Shown: positions 15,837 to 30,500, counted from the first letter of the stretch. The stretch is 64,000 nt of DNA from Eledone cirrhosa (GCA_964016885.1 OZ024741.1:261330001-261394000); one strand, 5' to 3'. Notes: generated by a model not told the origin, from the letters alone. Translations and numbers: made by a program.

Positions 15837-15913
15837 AAATAACAAATAGACGCGGTTTCAAATCTCTATGCTTTTCAAATTCATTACATTAATCTTTATT
15901 TATACGTTTCGCT
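15837..15913. repeat. 77-bp AT-rich non-satellite insert, copy 1
   Basis: AAATAACAAATAGACGCGGTTTCAAATCTCTATGCTTTTCAAATTCATTACATTAATCTTTATTTATACGTTTCGCT between TTACGA and TTACGAG. 21/77 G+C. The right boundary is ambiguous by ~8 bp because GTTTCGCT resembles a monomer. Confidence 0.95.
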
Positions 15914-17296
15914 TTACGAGTGTTTCGGTGTACGAGTGTTTCGACTTACGAGTGTTTTAACTTACGGTTGTTTCGACTTACGCGTTTTTCGACTACGAAT
16001 GTTCCGACTTACGAGTGTTTCGACTTACGAGTGTTTCGACTTACGAGTGCTTTGACTTACGAATGTTTTGACTTCGACTTACGAGTGATCTGACTTACGA
16101 GGGTTCCTACTTACGAGTGTTTCGACTTACGAGTGTTTCGACTTGCGAGTGTTTCGACTTACGAGTGTTTCGGCTTACGAGTGTTTCGGTGTTTCGGCTT
16201 ACGTGTGTTTCGACTTACGAGTGTTTCGACTTACGAGTGTTTCGACTTGCGAGTGTTTCGACTTACGAGTGTTTTGGCTTACGAGTGTTTCTGTGTTTCG
16301 GCTTACGTGTGTTTCGACTTCCGAGTGTTTCGACTTACGGGTGTTTTGACTTACGACTGTTTCGGCTTACGAGTGTTTTGACTTACGAGTGTTTTGACTT
16401 AAGGGTGTTTCGACTTACGAGTATTTTTGGCTTACGAGTGTTTCGACTTACGAGTGTTTTGACTTACGAGTGTTCTGATTAACGGATGTTTCGACATACG
16501 AGTGTTTCGACTTACGAGTGTTTCGACTTATGAGTGTTTCGACTTACGAGTGTTTCGACTTACGAGTGTTTCGGCTTATGATTGTTTCGACTTACGAGTG
16601 TTTTGACTTACAGTGTTTCAGCTTACGAGTGTTTCGAATTACGAGTGTTTTGACTTACGGGTGTTTTGACATACGAGTGTTTCGATACGAGTGTTCTGAC
16701 TTACGAGTGTTCTGACTTACGAGTGTTTTGACTTACGAGTGTTCTGACTTACGAGTGTTCCGACTTACGAGTGTTCCGACTTACGAGTGTTTCGGCTTAC
16801 GAGTGTTTCCGGCTTACGAGTGTTTCGACTTACGAGTGTTTTGACTTACGGTGTTTCGGCTTACGAGTGATTCGACTTACGAATGTTTTGACTTACGGGT
16901 GTTTCGGCTTGCGAGTGTTTCGACTTACGAGTGTTTCGGCTTATGAGTGTTTCGACTTACTAATGTTTTGACTTACGAGTGTTCTGACTTACGAGTGTTC
17001 CGACTTACGAGTGTTCCGACTTACGAGTGTTTCGACTTACGAGTGTTTCGACTTACGAGTGTTTCGGCTTACGAGTGTTTTGACTTAAGGATGTTTCGAC
17101 TTACGAGTGTTTCGATACGAGTATTTCGACTTACGAGTGTTCTGACTTACGAGTGTTCTGACTTACGAGTGTTCTGACTTACGAGTGTTCCGACTTACGA
17201 GTGTTTCGACTTACGAGTGTTTTGACTTACGAATGTTCTGACTTACGGGTGTTTCGCCTTACGAGTGTTTCGGCTTACGAGTGTTTCGACTTACGA

Positions 17297-17373
17297 AAAT
17301 AACAAATAGACGCGGTTTCAAATCTCTATGCTTTTCAAATTCATTACATTAATCTTTATTTATACGTTTCGCT
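17297..17373. repeat. 77-bp AT-rich insert, copy 2
   Basis: Same sequence as copy 1, 1,460 bp downstream. Confidence 0.95.
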
Positions 17374-20300
17374 TTACGAGTGTTTCGGTGTACGAGTGTT
17401 TCGACTTACGAGTGTTTTAACTTACGGTTGTTTCGACTTATGCGTTTTTCGACTACGAATGTTCCGACTTACGAGTGTTTCGACTTACGAGTGTTTCGAC
17501 TTACGAGTGCTTTGACTTACGAATGTTTTGACTTCGACTTACGAGTGATCTGACTTACGAGGGTTCCTACTTACGAGTGTTTCGACTTACGAGTGTTTCG
17601 ACTTGCGAGTGTTTCGACTTACGAGTGTTTCGGCTTACGAGTGTTTCGGTGTTTCGGCTTACGTGTGTTTCGACTTACGAGTGTTTCGACTTACGAGTGT
17701 TTCGACTTGCGAGTGTTTCGACTTACGAGTGTTTCGGCTTACGAGTGTTTCTGTGTTTCGGCTTACGTGTGTTTTGACTTCCGAGTGTTTCGACTTACGG
17801 GTGTTTTGACTTACGACTGTTTCGGCTTACGAGTGTTTTGACTTACGAGTGTTTTGACTTAAGGGTGTTTCGACTTACGAGTATTTTTGGCTTACGAGTG
17901 TTTCGACTTACGAGTGTTTTGACTTACGAGTGTTCTGATTTACGGATGTTTCGACATACGAGTGTTTCGACTTACGAGTGTTTCGACTTATGAGTGTTTC
18001 GACTTACGAGTGTTTCGACTTACGAGTGTTTCGGCTTATGATTGTTTCGACTTACGAGTGTTTTGACTTACAGTGTTTCAGCTTACGAGTGTTTCGACTT
18101 ACGAGTGTTTTGACTTACGGGTGTTTTGACATACGAGTGTTTCGATACGAGTGTTCTGACTTACGAGTGTTCTGACTTACGAGTGTTTTGACTTACGAGT
18201 GTTCTGACTTACGAGTGTTCCGACTTACGAGTGTTCCGACTTACGAGTGTTTCGGCTTACGAGTGTTTCCGGCTTACGAGTGTTTCGACTTACGAGTGTT
18301 TTGACTTACGGTGTTTCGGCTTACGAGTGATTCGACTTACGAATGTTTTGACTTACGGGTGTTTCGGCTTGCGAGTGTTTCGACTTACGAGTGTTTCGGC
18401 TTATGAGTGTTTCGACTTACTAATGTTTTGACTTACGAGTGTTCTGACTTACGAGTGTTCCGACTTACGAGTGTTCCGACTTACGAGTGTTTCGGCTTAC
18501 GAGTGTTTCCGGCTTACGAGTGTTTCGACTTACGAGTGTTTTGACTTACGGGTGATTTGACTTACGGGTGTTGTGAATTACGAGTGTTCCGATTTACGAG
18601 TGTTTTGACTTACGGTGTTTCGGCTTACGAGTGATTCGACTTACGAATGTTTTGACTTACGGGTGTTTCGGCTTGCGAGTGTTTCGACTTACGAGTGTTT
18701 CGGCTTATGGGTGTTTCGACTTACTAATGTTTTTACTTACGAGTGTTTCGGCGTACGAGTGTTTTGACTTACGAGTGTTTCGACTTACGAGTGTTTCGAC
18801 TTTCGAGTGTTTTGACTTACGGTGTTTCGGCTTACGAGTGATTCGACATACGAGTGTTTTGACTTACGGGTGTTTTGACTTACGGGTGTTGTGAATTACC
18901 AGTGTTCCGATTTACGAGTGTTTTGACTTACGGTGTTTCGGCTTGCGAGTGTTTCGACTTACGAGTGTTTCGGCTTATGAGTGTTTCGACTTACTAATGT
19001 TTTTACTTACGAGTTTTTCGGCGTTCGAGTGTTTTGACTTACGAGTGTTTCGACTTACGAGTGTTTTGACTTACGAATGTTTTGATTTACGGGTGTTTCG
19101 GCTTACGGGTGTTTCGACTTACGAGTGTTTCGACTTATGAGTGTTTCGACTTACGAGTGTTCTGACTTACGAGTGTTCTGACTTACGAGTGTTCCGACTT
19201 ACGAGTGTTTCGGTTTACGAGTGTTTCGACATACGAGTGTTTTGACTTACGGGTGTTTCGACTTACGGGTGTTTCGACTTACGAGTGTTTCGGCTTACGA
19301 GTGTTTCGACTTACTAATGTTTTTACTTACGAGTGTTTCGGTGTACGAATGTTTTGACTTAAGGATGTTTCGACTTACGAGTGTTTCGACTTACGAGTGT
19401 TTCGGCTTACGTGAGTTTCGACTTAAGAGTGTTCTTATTTACGAGTGTTCTGACCTGCGGGTGTTCTGATTTACGAGTGTTCCGACTTACGAGTGTTTCG
19501 GCTTATGAGTGTTTCGACTTACGAGTGTTTCGGCTTACGAGTGTTTCTACTTATGGGTGTTTCGACATACGAGTGTTTTTACTTACGGTGTTTCGGCTTA
19601 CGAGTGTTTCGACATACGAGTGTTTTGACTTACGGGTGTTTCGACTTACGAGTGTTTTGACTTACGAATGTTTTGACTTACGGGTGTTTCGGCTTACGAG
19701 TGTTTCGACTTACGAGTGTTTCGGCTTACTAATGTTTTTACTTACGAGTGTTTCGGCGTACGAGAGTTTTGACTTACGAGTGTTTCGACTTACGAGTGTT
19801 TTGACTTACGAATGTTTTGACTTACGGGTGTTTCGTCTTATGAGTGTTTCGACTTACGAGTCTTTCGGCTTACGAGTGTTTCGACTTACTAATGTTTTTA
19901 CTTACGAGTGTTTCGGCGTACGAGTGTTTCGACTTACGAGTGTTTCGACTTACGGGTGTTTTGACTTACGGGTGTTTCGTCTTACGAGTGTTTCGACTTA
20001 CGAGTGGTTTGACTTAAGGGTGTTTCGACTTACGAGTGTTTCGACGTACGAATGTTTTGGTTTACGAGTGTTTCGGCTTATGAGTGTTTCGACTTACGAG
20101 TGTTTCGACTTACGAGTGTTTCGGCTTACGAGTGTTTCGACTTACGAGTGTTTCGGCTTACGAGTGTTTCAGTGTTTCGGCTTACGTGTGTTTCGACTTA
20201 CGAGTGTTTCGACTTACGACTGTTTCGGCTTACGAGTGTTTCGGCTTACGAGTGTTTCGGCTTACGAGTGTTTTGACTTACGAGTGTTTTGACTTACCAT

Positions 20301-23300
20301 TGTTTGACTTACGAGTGTTCTGACTTACGGGTGTTCTGACTTACGAGTGTTCCGACTTACGAGTGTTTCGGCTTATGAGGGTCTCGACTTACGAGTGCTT
20401 CGGCTTACGAGTGTTTCGACTTACGAGTGTTTCGGCTTACGAGTGTTTCGACTTACGAGTGTTTCGACTTACGAGTGTTTTGACTTACGGTGTTTCGGCT
20501 TACGAGTGTTTCGACATACGAGTGTTTTGACGTACGGGTGTTTCGACTTACGGGACTTTCGACTTAAGAGTGTTTCGACTTACGAGCGTTTCGACTTACG
20601 AGTATTTCGACTTACGAGTGTTTCGGCGTATGAGTGTTTTGACTTACGAGTGTTTCGACTTACGAGTGTTTCGACTTACGAGTGTTTCGACTTACGAGTG
20701 TTTCGACTTACGAGTGTTTCGACTTACGGGTGTTTTGACATACGAGTGTTTCGATACGAGTGTTCTGACTTACGAGTGTTCTGACTTACGAGTGTTCTGA
20801 CTTACGAGTGTTTCGACATACGAGTGTTTTGACTTACGGGTGTTTCGACTTACGAGTGTTTTGACTTACGAATGTTTTGACTTACGGGTGTTTCGGCTTA
20901 CGAGTGTTTCGACTTACGAGTGTTTCGGCTTACGAGTGTTTCGACTTACGAGTGCTTTGACTTACGAATGTTTTGACTTACTTCGACTTACGAGTGATCT
21001 GATTTACGAGGGTTCCTACTTACGAGTGTTTCGACTTACGAGTGTTTCGGCTTACGAGTGTTTCGGTGTTTCGGCTTACGTGTGTTTCGACTTACGAGTG
21101 TTTCGACTTACGAGTGTTTCGACTTGCGAGTGTTTCGACTTACGAGTGTTTCGGCTTACGAGTGTTTCGGTGTTTCGGCTTACGTGTGTTTCGACTTCCG
21201 AGTGTTTCGACTTACGGGTGTTTTGACTTACGACTGTTTCGGCTTACGAGTGTTTTGACTTACGAGTGTTTTGACTTAAGGGTGTTTCGACTTACGAGTA
21301 TTTTTGGCTTACGAGTGTTTCGACTTACGAGTGTTTTGACTTACGAGTGTTCTGATTTACGGATGTTTCGACATACGAGTGTTTCGACTTACGAGTGTTT
21401 CGGCTTATGATTGTTTCGACTTACGAGTGTTTTGACTTACGGTGTTTCAGCTTACGAGTGTTTCGACTTACGAGTGTTTTGACTTACGGGTGTTTTGACA
21501 TACGAGTGTTTCGATACGAGTGTTCTGACTTACGAGTGTTCTGACTTACGAGTGTTTTGACTTACGAGTGTTCTGACTTACGAGTGTTCCGACTTACGAG
21601 TGTTCCGGCTTACGAGTATTTCGGCTTACGAGTGTTTCCGGCTTACGAGTGTTTCGACTTCCGAGTGTTTTGACTTACGGTGTTTCGGCTTACGAGTGAT
21701 TCGACTTACGAGTGTTTTGACTTACGGGTGATTTGACTTACGGGTGTTGTGAATTACGAGTGTTCCAATTTACGAGTGTTTTGACTTACGGTGTTTCGGC
21801 TTACGAGTGATTCGACTTACGAATGTTTTGACTTACGGGTGTTTCGGCTTGCGAGTGTTTCGACTTACGAGTGTTTCGGCTTATGGGTGTTTCGACTTAC
21901 TAATGTTTTTACTTACGAGTGTTTCGGCGTACGAGTGTTTTGACTTACGAGTGTTTCGACTTACGAGTGTTTCGACTTTCGAGTGTTTTGACTTACGGTG
22001 TTTCGGCTTACGAGTGATTCGACTTACGAGTGTTTTGACTTACGGGTGTTTTGACTTACGGGTGTTGTGAATTACCAGTGTTCCGATTTACGAGTGTTTT
22101 GACTTACGGTGTTTCGGCTTGCGAGTGTTTCGACTTACGAGTGTTTCGGCTTATGAGTGTTTCGACTTACTAATGTTTTTACTTACGAGTGTTTCGGCGT
22201 TCGAGTGTTTTGACTTACGAGTGTTTCGACTTACGAGTGTTTTGACTTACGAATGTTTTGACTTACGGGTGTTTCGGCTTACGGGTGTTTCGACTTACGA
22301 GTGTTTCGACTTATGAGTGTTTCGACTTACGAGTGTTCTGACTTACGAGTGTTCTGACTTACGAGTCTTCCGACTTACGAGTGTTTCGGTTTACGAGTGT
22401 TTCGACATACGAGTGTTTTGACTTACGGGTGTTTCGACTAACGGGTGTTTCGACTTACGAGTGTTTCGGCTTACGAGTGTTTCGACTTACTAATGTTTTT
22501 ACTTACGAGTGTTTCGGTGTACGAATGTTTTGACTTAAGGATGTTTCGACTTACGAGTGTTTCGACTTACGAGTGTTTCGGCTTACGTGAGTTTCGACTT
22601 AAGAGTGTTCTGATTTACGAGTGTTCTGACCTGCGGGTGTTCTGATTTACGAGTGTTCCGACTTACGAGTGTTTCGGCTTATGAGTGTTTCGACTTACGA
22701 GTGTTTCGGCTTACGAGTGTTTCTACTTATGGGTGTTTCAACATACGAGTGTTTTTACTTACGGTGTTTCGGCTTAAGAGTGTTTCGACATACGAGTGTT
22801 TTGACTTACGGGTGTTTCGACTTACGAGGGTTTTGACTTACGAATGTTTTGACTTACGGGTGTTTCGGCTTACGAGTGTTTCGACTTACGAGTGTTTCGG
22901 CTTACGAGTGTTTCGACTTACTAATGTTTTTACTTACGAGTGTTTCGGCGTACGAGAGTTTTGACTTACGAGTGTTTCGACTTACGAGTGTTTTGACTTA
23001 CGAATGTTTTGACTTACGGGTGTTTCGTCTTATGAGTGTTTCGACTTACGAGTCTTTCGGCTTACGAGTGTTTCGACTTACTAATGTTTTTACTTACGAG
23101 TGTTTCGGCGTACGAGTGTTTCGACTTACGAGTGTTTCGACTTACGGGTGTTTTGACTTACGGGTGTTTCGGCTTACGAGTGTTTCGACTTACGAGTGTT
23201 TTGACTTAAGGGTGTTTCGACTTACGAGTGTTTCGACGTACGAATGTTTTGGCTTACGAGTGTTTCGGCTTATGAGTGTTTCGACTTACGAGTGTTTCGA

Positions 23301-23419
23301 CTTACGAGTGTTTCGGCTTACGAGTGTTTCGACTTACGAGTGTTTCGGCTTACGAGTGTTTCAGTGTCTCGGCTTACGTGTGTTTCGACTTACGAGTGTT
23401 TCGACTTACGACTGTTTCG

Positions 23420-26400
23420 GCTTACGAGTGTTTCGACTTACGAGTGTTTCGGCTTACGAGTGTTTCGACTTACGAGTGTTTCGACTTACGAGTGTTTTGA
23501 CTTACGGTGTTTCGGCTTACGAGTGTTTCGACATACGAGTGTTTTGACGTACGGGTGTTTCGACTTACAGGACTTTCGACTTAAGAGTGTTTCGACTTAC
23601 GAGCGCTTCGACTTACGAGTATTTCGACTTACGAGTGTTTCGGCGTATGAGTGTTTTGACTTACGAGTGTTTCGACTTACGAGTGTTTCGACTTACGAGT
23701 GTTTCGACTTACGAGTGTTTCGACTTACGAGTGTTTCGACTTACGGGTGTTTTGACATACGAGTGTTTCGATACGAGTGTTCTGACTTACGAGTGTTCTG
23801 ACTTACGAGTGTTCTGACTTACGAGTGTTTCGACATACGAGTGTTTTGACTTACGGGTGTTTCGACTTACGAGTGTTTTGACTTACGAATGTTTTGACTT
23901 ACGGGTGTTTCGGCTTACGAGTGTTTCGACTTACTAATGTTTTTGCTTACGAGTGTTTCGGCGTACGAGAGTTTTGACTTACGATTGTTTCGACTTACGA
24001 GTTTTTCGACTTACGAGTATCTTGACTTACGAATGTTTTGACTTACGGGTATTTCGGCTTACGAGTGTTTCGACTTACGAGTCTTTCGGCTTACGAGTGT
24101 TTCGACTTACTAATGTTTTTACTTACGAGTGTTTCGGCGTACGAGTGTTTCGACTTCCGAGTGTTTCGACTTCAGGGTGTTTCGACTTACGAGTATTTCT
24201 GGCTTACGAGTGTTTTGACTTACGAGTGTTTCGACTTATGAGTGTTTCGACTTACGAGTGTTTCGACTTACGAGTGTTTCGGCTTATGATTGTTTCGACT
24301 TACGAGTGTTTTGACTTACGGTGTTTCAGCTTACGAGTGTTTCGACTTACGAGTGTTTTGACTTACGGGTGTTTTGACATACGAGTGTTTCGATACGAGT
24401 GTTCTGACTTACGAGTGTTCTGAATACGAGTGTTTTGACTTACGAGTGTTCTGACTTACGAGTGTTCCGACTTACGAGTGTTTCGGCTTACGAGTGTTTC
24501 CGGCTTACGAGTGTTTCGACTTACGAGTGTTTTGACTTACGGTGTTTCGGCTTACGAGTGATTCGACTTACGAGTGTTTTGACTTACGGGTGTTTTGACT
24601 TACGGGTGTTGTGAATTACGAGTGTTCCAATTTACGAGTGTTTTGACTTACGGTGTTTCGGCTTACGAGTGATTCGACTTACGAATGTTTTGACTTACGG
24701 GTGTTTCGGCTTGCGAGTGTTTCGACTTACGAGTGTTTCGGCTTATGAGTGTTTCGACTTACTAATGTTTTTACTTACGAGTGTTCTGACTTACGAGTGT
24801 TCCGACGTACGAGTGTTCCGACTTACGAGTGTTTCGGCTTACGAGTGTTTCCGGCTTACGAGTGTTTCGACTTACGAGTGTTTCGACTTACGAGTGTTTT
24901 GACTTACGGTGTTTCGACTTACCAGTGATTCGACTTACGAGTGTTTTGACTTACGGGTGTTTTGACTTACGGGTGTTGTGAATTACGAGTGTTCCGATTT
25001 ACGAGTGTTTTGACTTACGGTGTTTCGGCTTGCGAGTGATTCGACTTACGAATGTTTTGATTTACGGGTGTTTCGGCTTGCTAGTGTTTTGACTTACGAG
25101 TGTTTCGGCTTTTGAGTGTTTCGACTTACTACTGTTTTTACTTACGAGTGTTTCGGCGTACGAGTGTTTTGACTTACGAGTGTTTCGACTTACGAGTGTT
25201 TTGACTTACGAATGTTTTGACTTACGGGTGTTTCGGCTTACGAGTGTTTCGACTTACGAGTGTTTCGGCTTGCGAGTGTTTCGACTTACTAATGTTTTTA
25301 CCTACGAGTTTTTCGGCGTTCGAGTGTTGCGACTTACGAGTGTTTCGACTTACGAGTGTTTCGGCTTACGAGTGTTTCGACTTACGAGTGTTTCGGCTTA
25401 CGAGTGTTTCAGTGTTTCGGCTTACGTGTGTTTCGACTTACGAATGTTTCGACTTACGACTGTTTCGGCTTACGAGTGTTTCGGCTTACGAGTGTTTCGG
25501 CTTACGAGTGTTTTGACTTACGAGTGTTTTGACTTACCATTGTTTGGCTTACGAGTGTTCTGACTTACGGGTGTTCTGACTTACGAGTGTTCCGACTTAC
25601 GAGTGTTTCGGCTTATGAGGGTTTCGACTTACGAGTGCTTCGGCTTACGAGTGTTTCGACTTACGAGTGTTTCGGCTTACGAGTGTTTCGACTTACGAGT
25701 GTTTCGACTTACGAGTGTTTTGACTTACGGTGTTTCGGCTTACGAGTGTTTCGACATACGAGTGTTTTGACGTACGGGTGTTTCGACTTACAGGACTTTC
25801 GACTTAAGAGTGTTTCGACTTACGAGCGCTTCGACTTACGAGTATTTCGACTTACGAGTGTTTCGGCGTATGAGTGTTTTGACTTACGAGTGTTTCGACT
25901 TACGAGTGTTTCGACTTACGAGTGTTTCGACTTACGAGTGTTTCGACTTACGAGTGTTTCGACTTACGGGTGTTTTGACATACGAGTGTTTCGATACGAG
26001 TGTTCTGACTTACGAGTGTTCTGACTTACGAGTGTTCTGACTTACGAGTGTTTCGACATACGAGTGTTTTGACTTACGGGTGTTTCGACTTACGAGTGTT
26101 TTGACTTACGAATGTTTTGACTTACGGGTGTTTCGGCTTACGAGTGTTTCGACTTACTAATGTTTTTGCTTACGAGTGTTTCGGCGTACGAGAGTTTTGA
26201 CTTACGATTGTTTCGACTTACGAGTTTTTCGACTTACGAGTATCTTGACTTACGAATGTTTTGACTTACGGGTATTTCGGCTTACGAGTGTTTCGACTTA
26301 CTAATGTTTTTACTTACGAGTGTTTCGGCGTACGAGTGTTTCGACTTCCGAGTGTTTCGACTTCAGGGTGTTTCGACTTACGAGTATTTCTGGCTTACGA

Positions 26401-27530
26401 GTGTTTTGACTTACGAGTGTTCTGATTTACGGATGTTTCGACATACGAGTGTTTCGACTTACGAGTGTTTCGACTTATGAGTGTTTCGACTTACGAGTGT
26501 TTCGACTTACGAGTGTTTCGGCTTATGATTGTTTCGACTTACGAGTGTTTTGACTTACGGTGTTTCAGCTTACGAGTGTTTCGACTTACGAGTGTTTTGA
26601 CTTACGGGTGTTTTGACATACGAGTGTTTCGATACGAGTGTTCTGACTTACGAGTGTTCTGAATACGAGTGTTTTGACTTACGAGTGTTTCCGGCTTACG
26701 AGTGTTTCGACTTACGAGTGTTTTGACTTCCGGTGTTTCGGCTTACGAGTGATTCGACTTACGAGTGTTTTGACTTACGGGTGTTTTGACTTACGGGTGT
26801 TGTGAATTACGAGTGTTCCAATTTACGAGTGTTTTGACTTACGGTGTTTCGGCTTACGAGTGATTCGACTTACGAATGTTTTGACTTACGGGTGTTTCGG
26901 CTTGCGAGTGTTTCGACTTACGAGTGTTTCGGCTTATGAGTGTTTCGACTTACTAATGTTTTTACTTACGAGTGTTCTGACTTACGAGTGTTCCGACGTA
27001 CGAGTGTTCCGACTTACGAGTGTTTCGGCTTACGAGTGTTTCCGGCTTACGAGTGTTTCGACTTACGAGTGTTTCGACTTACGAGTGTTTTGACTTACGG
27101 TGTTTCGACTTACCAGTGATTCGACTTACGAGTGTTTTGACTTACGGGTGTTTTGACTTACGGGTGTTGTGAATTACGAGTGTTCCGATTTACGAGTGTT
27201 TTGACTTACGGTGTTTCGGCTTGCGAGTGATTCGACTTACGAATGTTTTGATTTACGGGTGTTTCGGCTTGCTAGTGTTTCGACTTACGAGTGTTTCGGC
27301 TTATGAGTGTTTCGACTTACTACTGTTTTTACTTACGAGTGTTTCGGCGTACGAGTGTTTTGACTTACGAGTGTTTCGACTTACGAGTGTTTTGACTTAC
27401 GAATGTTTTGACTTACGGGTGTTTCGGCTTACGAGTGTTTCGACTTACGAGTGTTTCGGCTTGCGAGTGTTTCGACTTACTAATGTTTTTACCTACGAGT
27501 TTTTCGGCGTTCGAGTGTTGCGACTTACGA
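23420..27530 (+). repeat. Near-tandem duplication, ~2.2-kb offset
   Basis: ORF pairs 23587/25810 (offset 2,223) and 24669/26860 (offset 2,191). Shared rare variants CAGGACTTT, GTATCTTGAC and CTTCAGGG. Confidence 0.8.
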
Positions 27531-30500
27531 GTGTTTCGACTTACGGGTGTTTTGACTTAAGGGTGTTTCGACTTACAAGTGTTTCGACTTACGAGTGTTT
27601 CGACTTACGAGTGTTCTGACTTACGAGTGTTCTGATTTACGGATGTTTCGACATACGAGTGTTTCGACTTACGGGTGTTCTGACTTACGAGTGTTCTGAC
27701 TTACGAGTGTTCTGATTTACGAGTGTTCCGACTTACGAGTGTTTCGGCTTACGAGTGTTTCGGCTTACGAGTGTTTCGGCTTACGAGTGTTTCCGGCTTA
27801 CGAGTGTTTCGACTTACGAGTGTTTCGACTTTCGAGTGTTTTGACTTACGGTGTTTCGGCTTACGAGTGATTCGATTTACGAGTGTTTTGACTTACGGGT
27901 GTTTTGACTTACGGGTGTTGTGAATTACCAGTGTTCCGATTTACGAGTGTTTTGACTTACGGTGTTTCGGCTTGCGAGTGTTTCGACTTACGAGTGTTTC
28001 GGCTTATGAGTGTTTCGACTTACTAATGTTTTTACTTACGAGTGTTTCGGCGTTCGAGTGTTTTGAATTACGAGTGTTTCGACTTACGAGTGTTCCTACT
28101 TACGAGTGTTTCGGTTTACGAGTGTTTCGACATACGAGTGTTTTGACTTACGGGTGTTTCGACTTACGGGTGTTTCGACTTACGAGTGTTTCGGCTTACG
28201 AGTGTTTCGACTTACTAATGTTTTTACTTACGAGTGTTTCGGTGTACGAATGTTTTGACTTAAGGATGTTTCGACTTACGAGTGTTTCGACTTACGAGTG
28301 TTTCGGCTTACGTGACTTTAGACTTAAGAGTGTTCTGATTTACGAGTGTTCTGACTTGCGGGTGTTCTGATTTACGAGTGTTCCGACTTACGAGTGTTTC
28401 GGCTTATGAGTGTTTCGACTTACGAGTGTTTCGGCTTACGAGTGTTTCTACTTATGGGTGTTTCGGCTTACGAGTGTTTTGACTTACGAGTGTTTTGACT
28501 TAAGGGTGTTTCGACTTACGAGTATTTTTGGCTTACGAGTGTTTCGACTTACGAGTGTTTTGAATTACGAGTGTTCTGATTTACGGTTGTTTCGACATAC
28601 GAGTGTTTCGACTTACGAGTGTTTCGACTTATGAGTGTTTCGACTTACGAGTGTTTCGACTTACGAGTGTTTCGGCTTATGAGTGTTTCGACTTACGAGT
28701 GTTTTGACTTACGGTGTTTCGGCTTACGAGTGTTTCGACTTACGAGTGTTTTGACTTACGGGTGTTTTGACATACGAGTGTTACGATACGAGTGTTCTGA
28801 CTTACGAGTGTTCTGACTTACGAGTGTTCTGACTTACGAGTGTTTTGACTTACGAGTGTTCTGACTTACGAGTGTTCCGACTTACGAGTGTTCCGACTTA
28901 CGAGTGTTTCGGCTTACGAGTGTTTCCGGCTTACGAGTGTTTCGACTTACGAGTGTTTTGACTTACGGTGTTTCGGCTTACGAGTGATTCGACTTACGAG
29001 TGTTTTGACTTACGGGTGTTTTGACTTACGGGTGTTGTGAATTACGAGTGTTCCGATTTACGAGTGTTTCGGCTTATGAGTGTTTCGACTTACGAGTGTT
29101 TCGGCTTACGAGTGTTTCGACTTATGGGTGTTTCGACTTACGAGTGTTTTTACTTACGGTGTTTCGGCTTACGAGTGTTTCGACATACGAGTGTTCAGAC
29201 TTACGAGTGTTCCGACTTACGAGCGTTCCGACTTACGAGTGTTTCGACTTACGAGTGTTAAGACTTACGGGTGTTTTGACATACGAGTGTTTCGATACGA
29301 GTGTTTCGACTTACGAGTGTTACGAGTGTTCTGACTTACGAGTGTTTCGACTTACGAGTGTTCTGACCTACAAGTGTTCTGACTTACGAGTGTTTCGACT
29401 TACGATTGTTTTTTTCACTTACGGGTGTTTCGACTTACGCGTGTTTCGATTTACGAGTGTTTAGACTTACGAGTGTTTCGACTACGAATGTTCCGACTTA
29501 CGAGTGTTTCGACTTACGAGTGTTTCGACTTACGGGTGTTCCGACTTACGAGTGTTTCGGCTTACGATTGTTTCGAGTTACGAGTGTTTCGGTTTACGAG
29601 TGTTTCGACTTACGGGTGTTTTGACTTACGGTGTTTCGGCTTACGAGTGTTTTGACTTACGAGTGGTCTGACTTACGGGTGTTCTGACTTACCAGTGTTC
29701 CGACTTACGAGTGTTTCAGCTTATGAGTGTTTCGACTTACGAGTGCTTCGGTTTACGAGTGTTTCGACTTACGAGTGTTTCGGCTTATGAGTGTTTCGAC
29801 TTACGAGTGTTTTGACTTATGGTGTTTCGGCTTACGAGTGTTTCGACATACGAGTGTTTTGACTTACGGGTGTTTCGACTTACGGGTGTTTCGACGTAAG
29901 AGTGTTTTGACTTACGGGTGTTTTGACTTACGACTGTTTCGGCTTACGAGTGTTTTGACTTACGAGTGTTTTGACTTAAGGGTGTTTCGACTTACGAGTA
30001 TTTTTGGCTTACGAGTGTTTCGACTTACGAGTGTTTTGACTTACGAGTGTTCTGATTTACGGATGTTTCGACATACGAGTGTTTCGACTTACGAGTGTTT
30101 CGACTTATGAGTGTTTCGACTTACGAGTGTTTCAACTTACGAGTGTTTCGGCTTATGATTGTTTCGACTTACGAGTGTTTTGACTTACGGTGTTTCAGCT
30201 TACGAGTGTTTCGACTTACGAGTGTTTTGACTTACGGGTGTTTTGACATACGAGTGTTTCGATACGAGTGTTCTGACTTACGAGTGTTCTGACTTACGAG
30301 TGTTTTGACTTACGAGTGTTCTGACTTACGAGTGTTCCGACTTACGAGTGTTCCGACTTACGAGTGTTTCGGCTTACGAGTGTTTCCGGCTTACGAGTGT
30401 TTCGAGTTACGAGTGTTTTGACTTACGGTGTTTCGGCTTACGAGTGATTCGACTTACGAATGTTTTGACTTACGGGTGTTTCGGCTTGCGAGTGTTTCGA

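Larger units (their letters stand above)
15590..18495 (+). repeat. Tandem duplication, 1,460-bp unit including one insert
   Basis: A constant 1,460 offset links inserts 15837/17297 and ORF pairs 16117/17577, 16518/17978 and 16771/18231. Confidence 0.9.

Noticed and set aside
15837-15913. Budding-yeast CDEII-like point centromere or tRNA/snRNA identity for the cassette
   Set aside because: The cassette is only ~73% AT, has no CDEI/CDEIII motifs, and shows no cloverleaf or A/B boxes.
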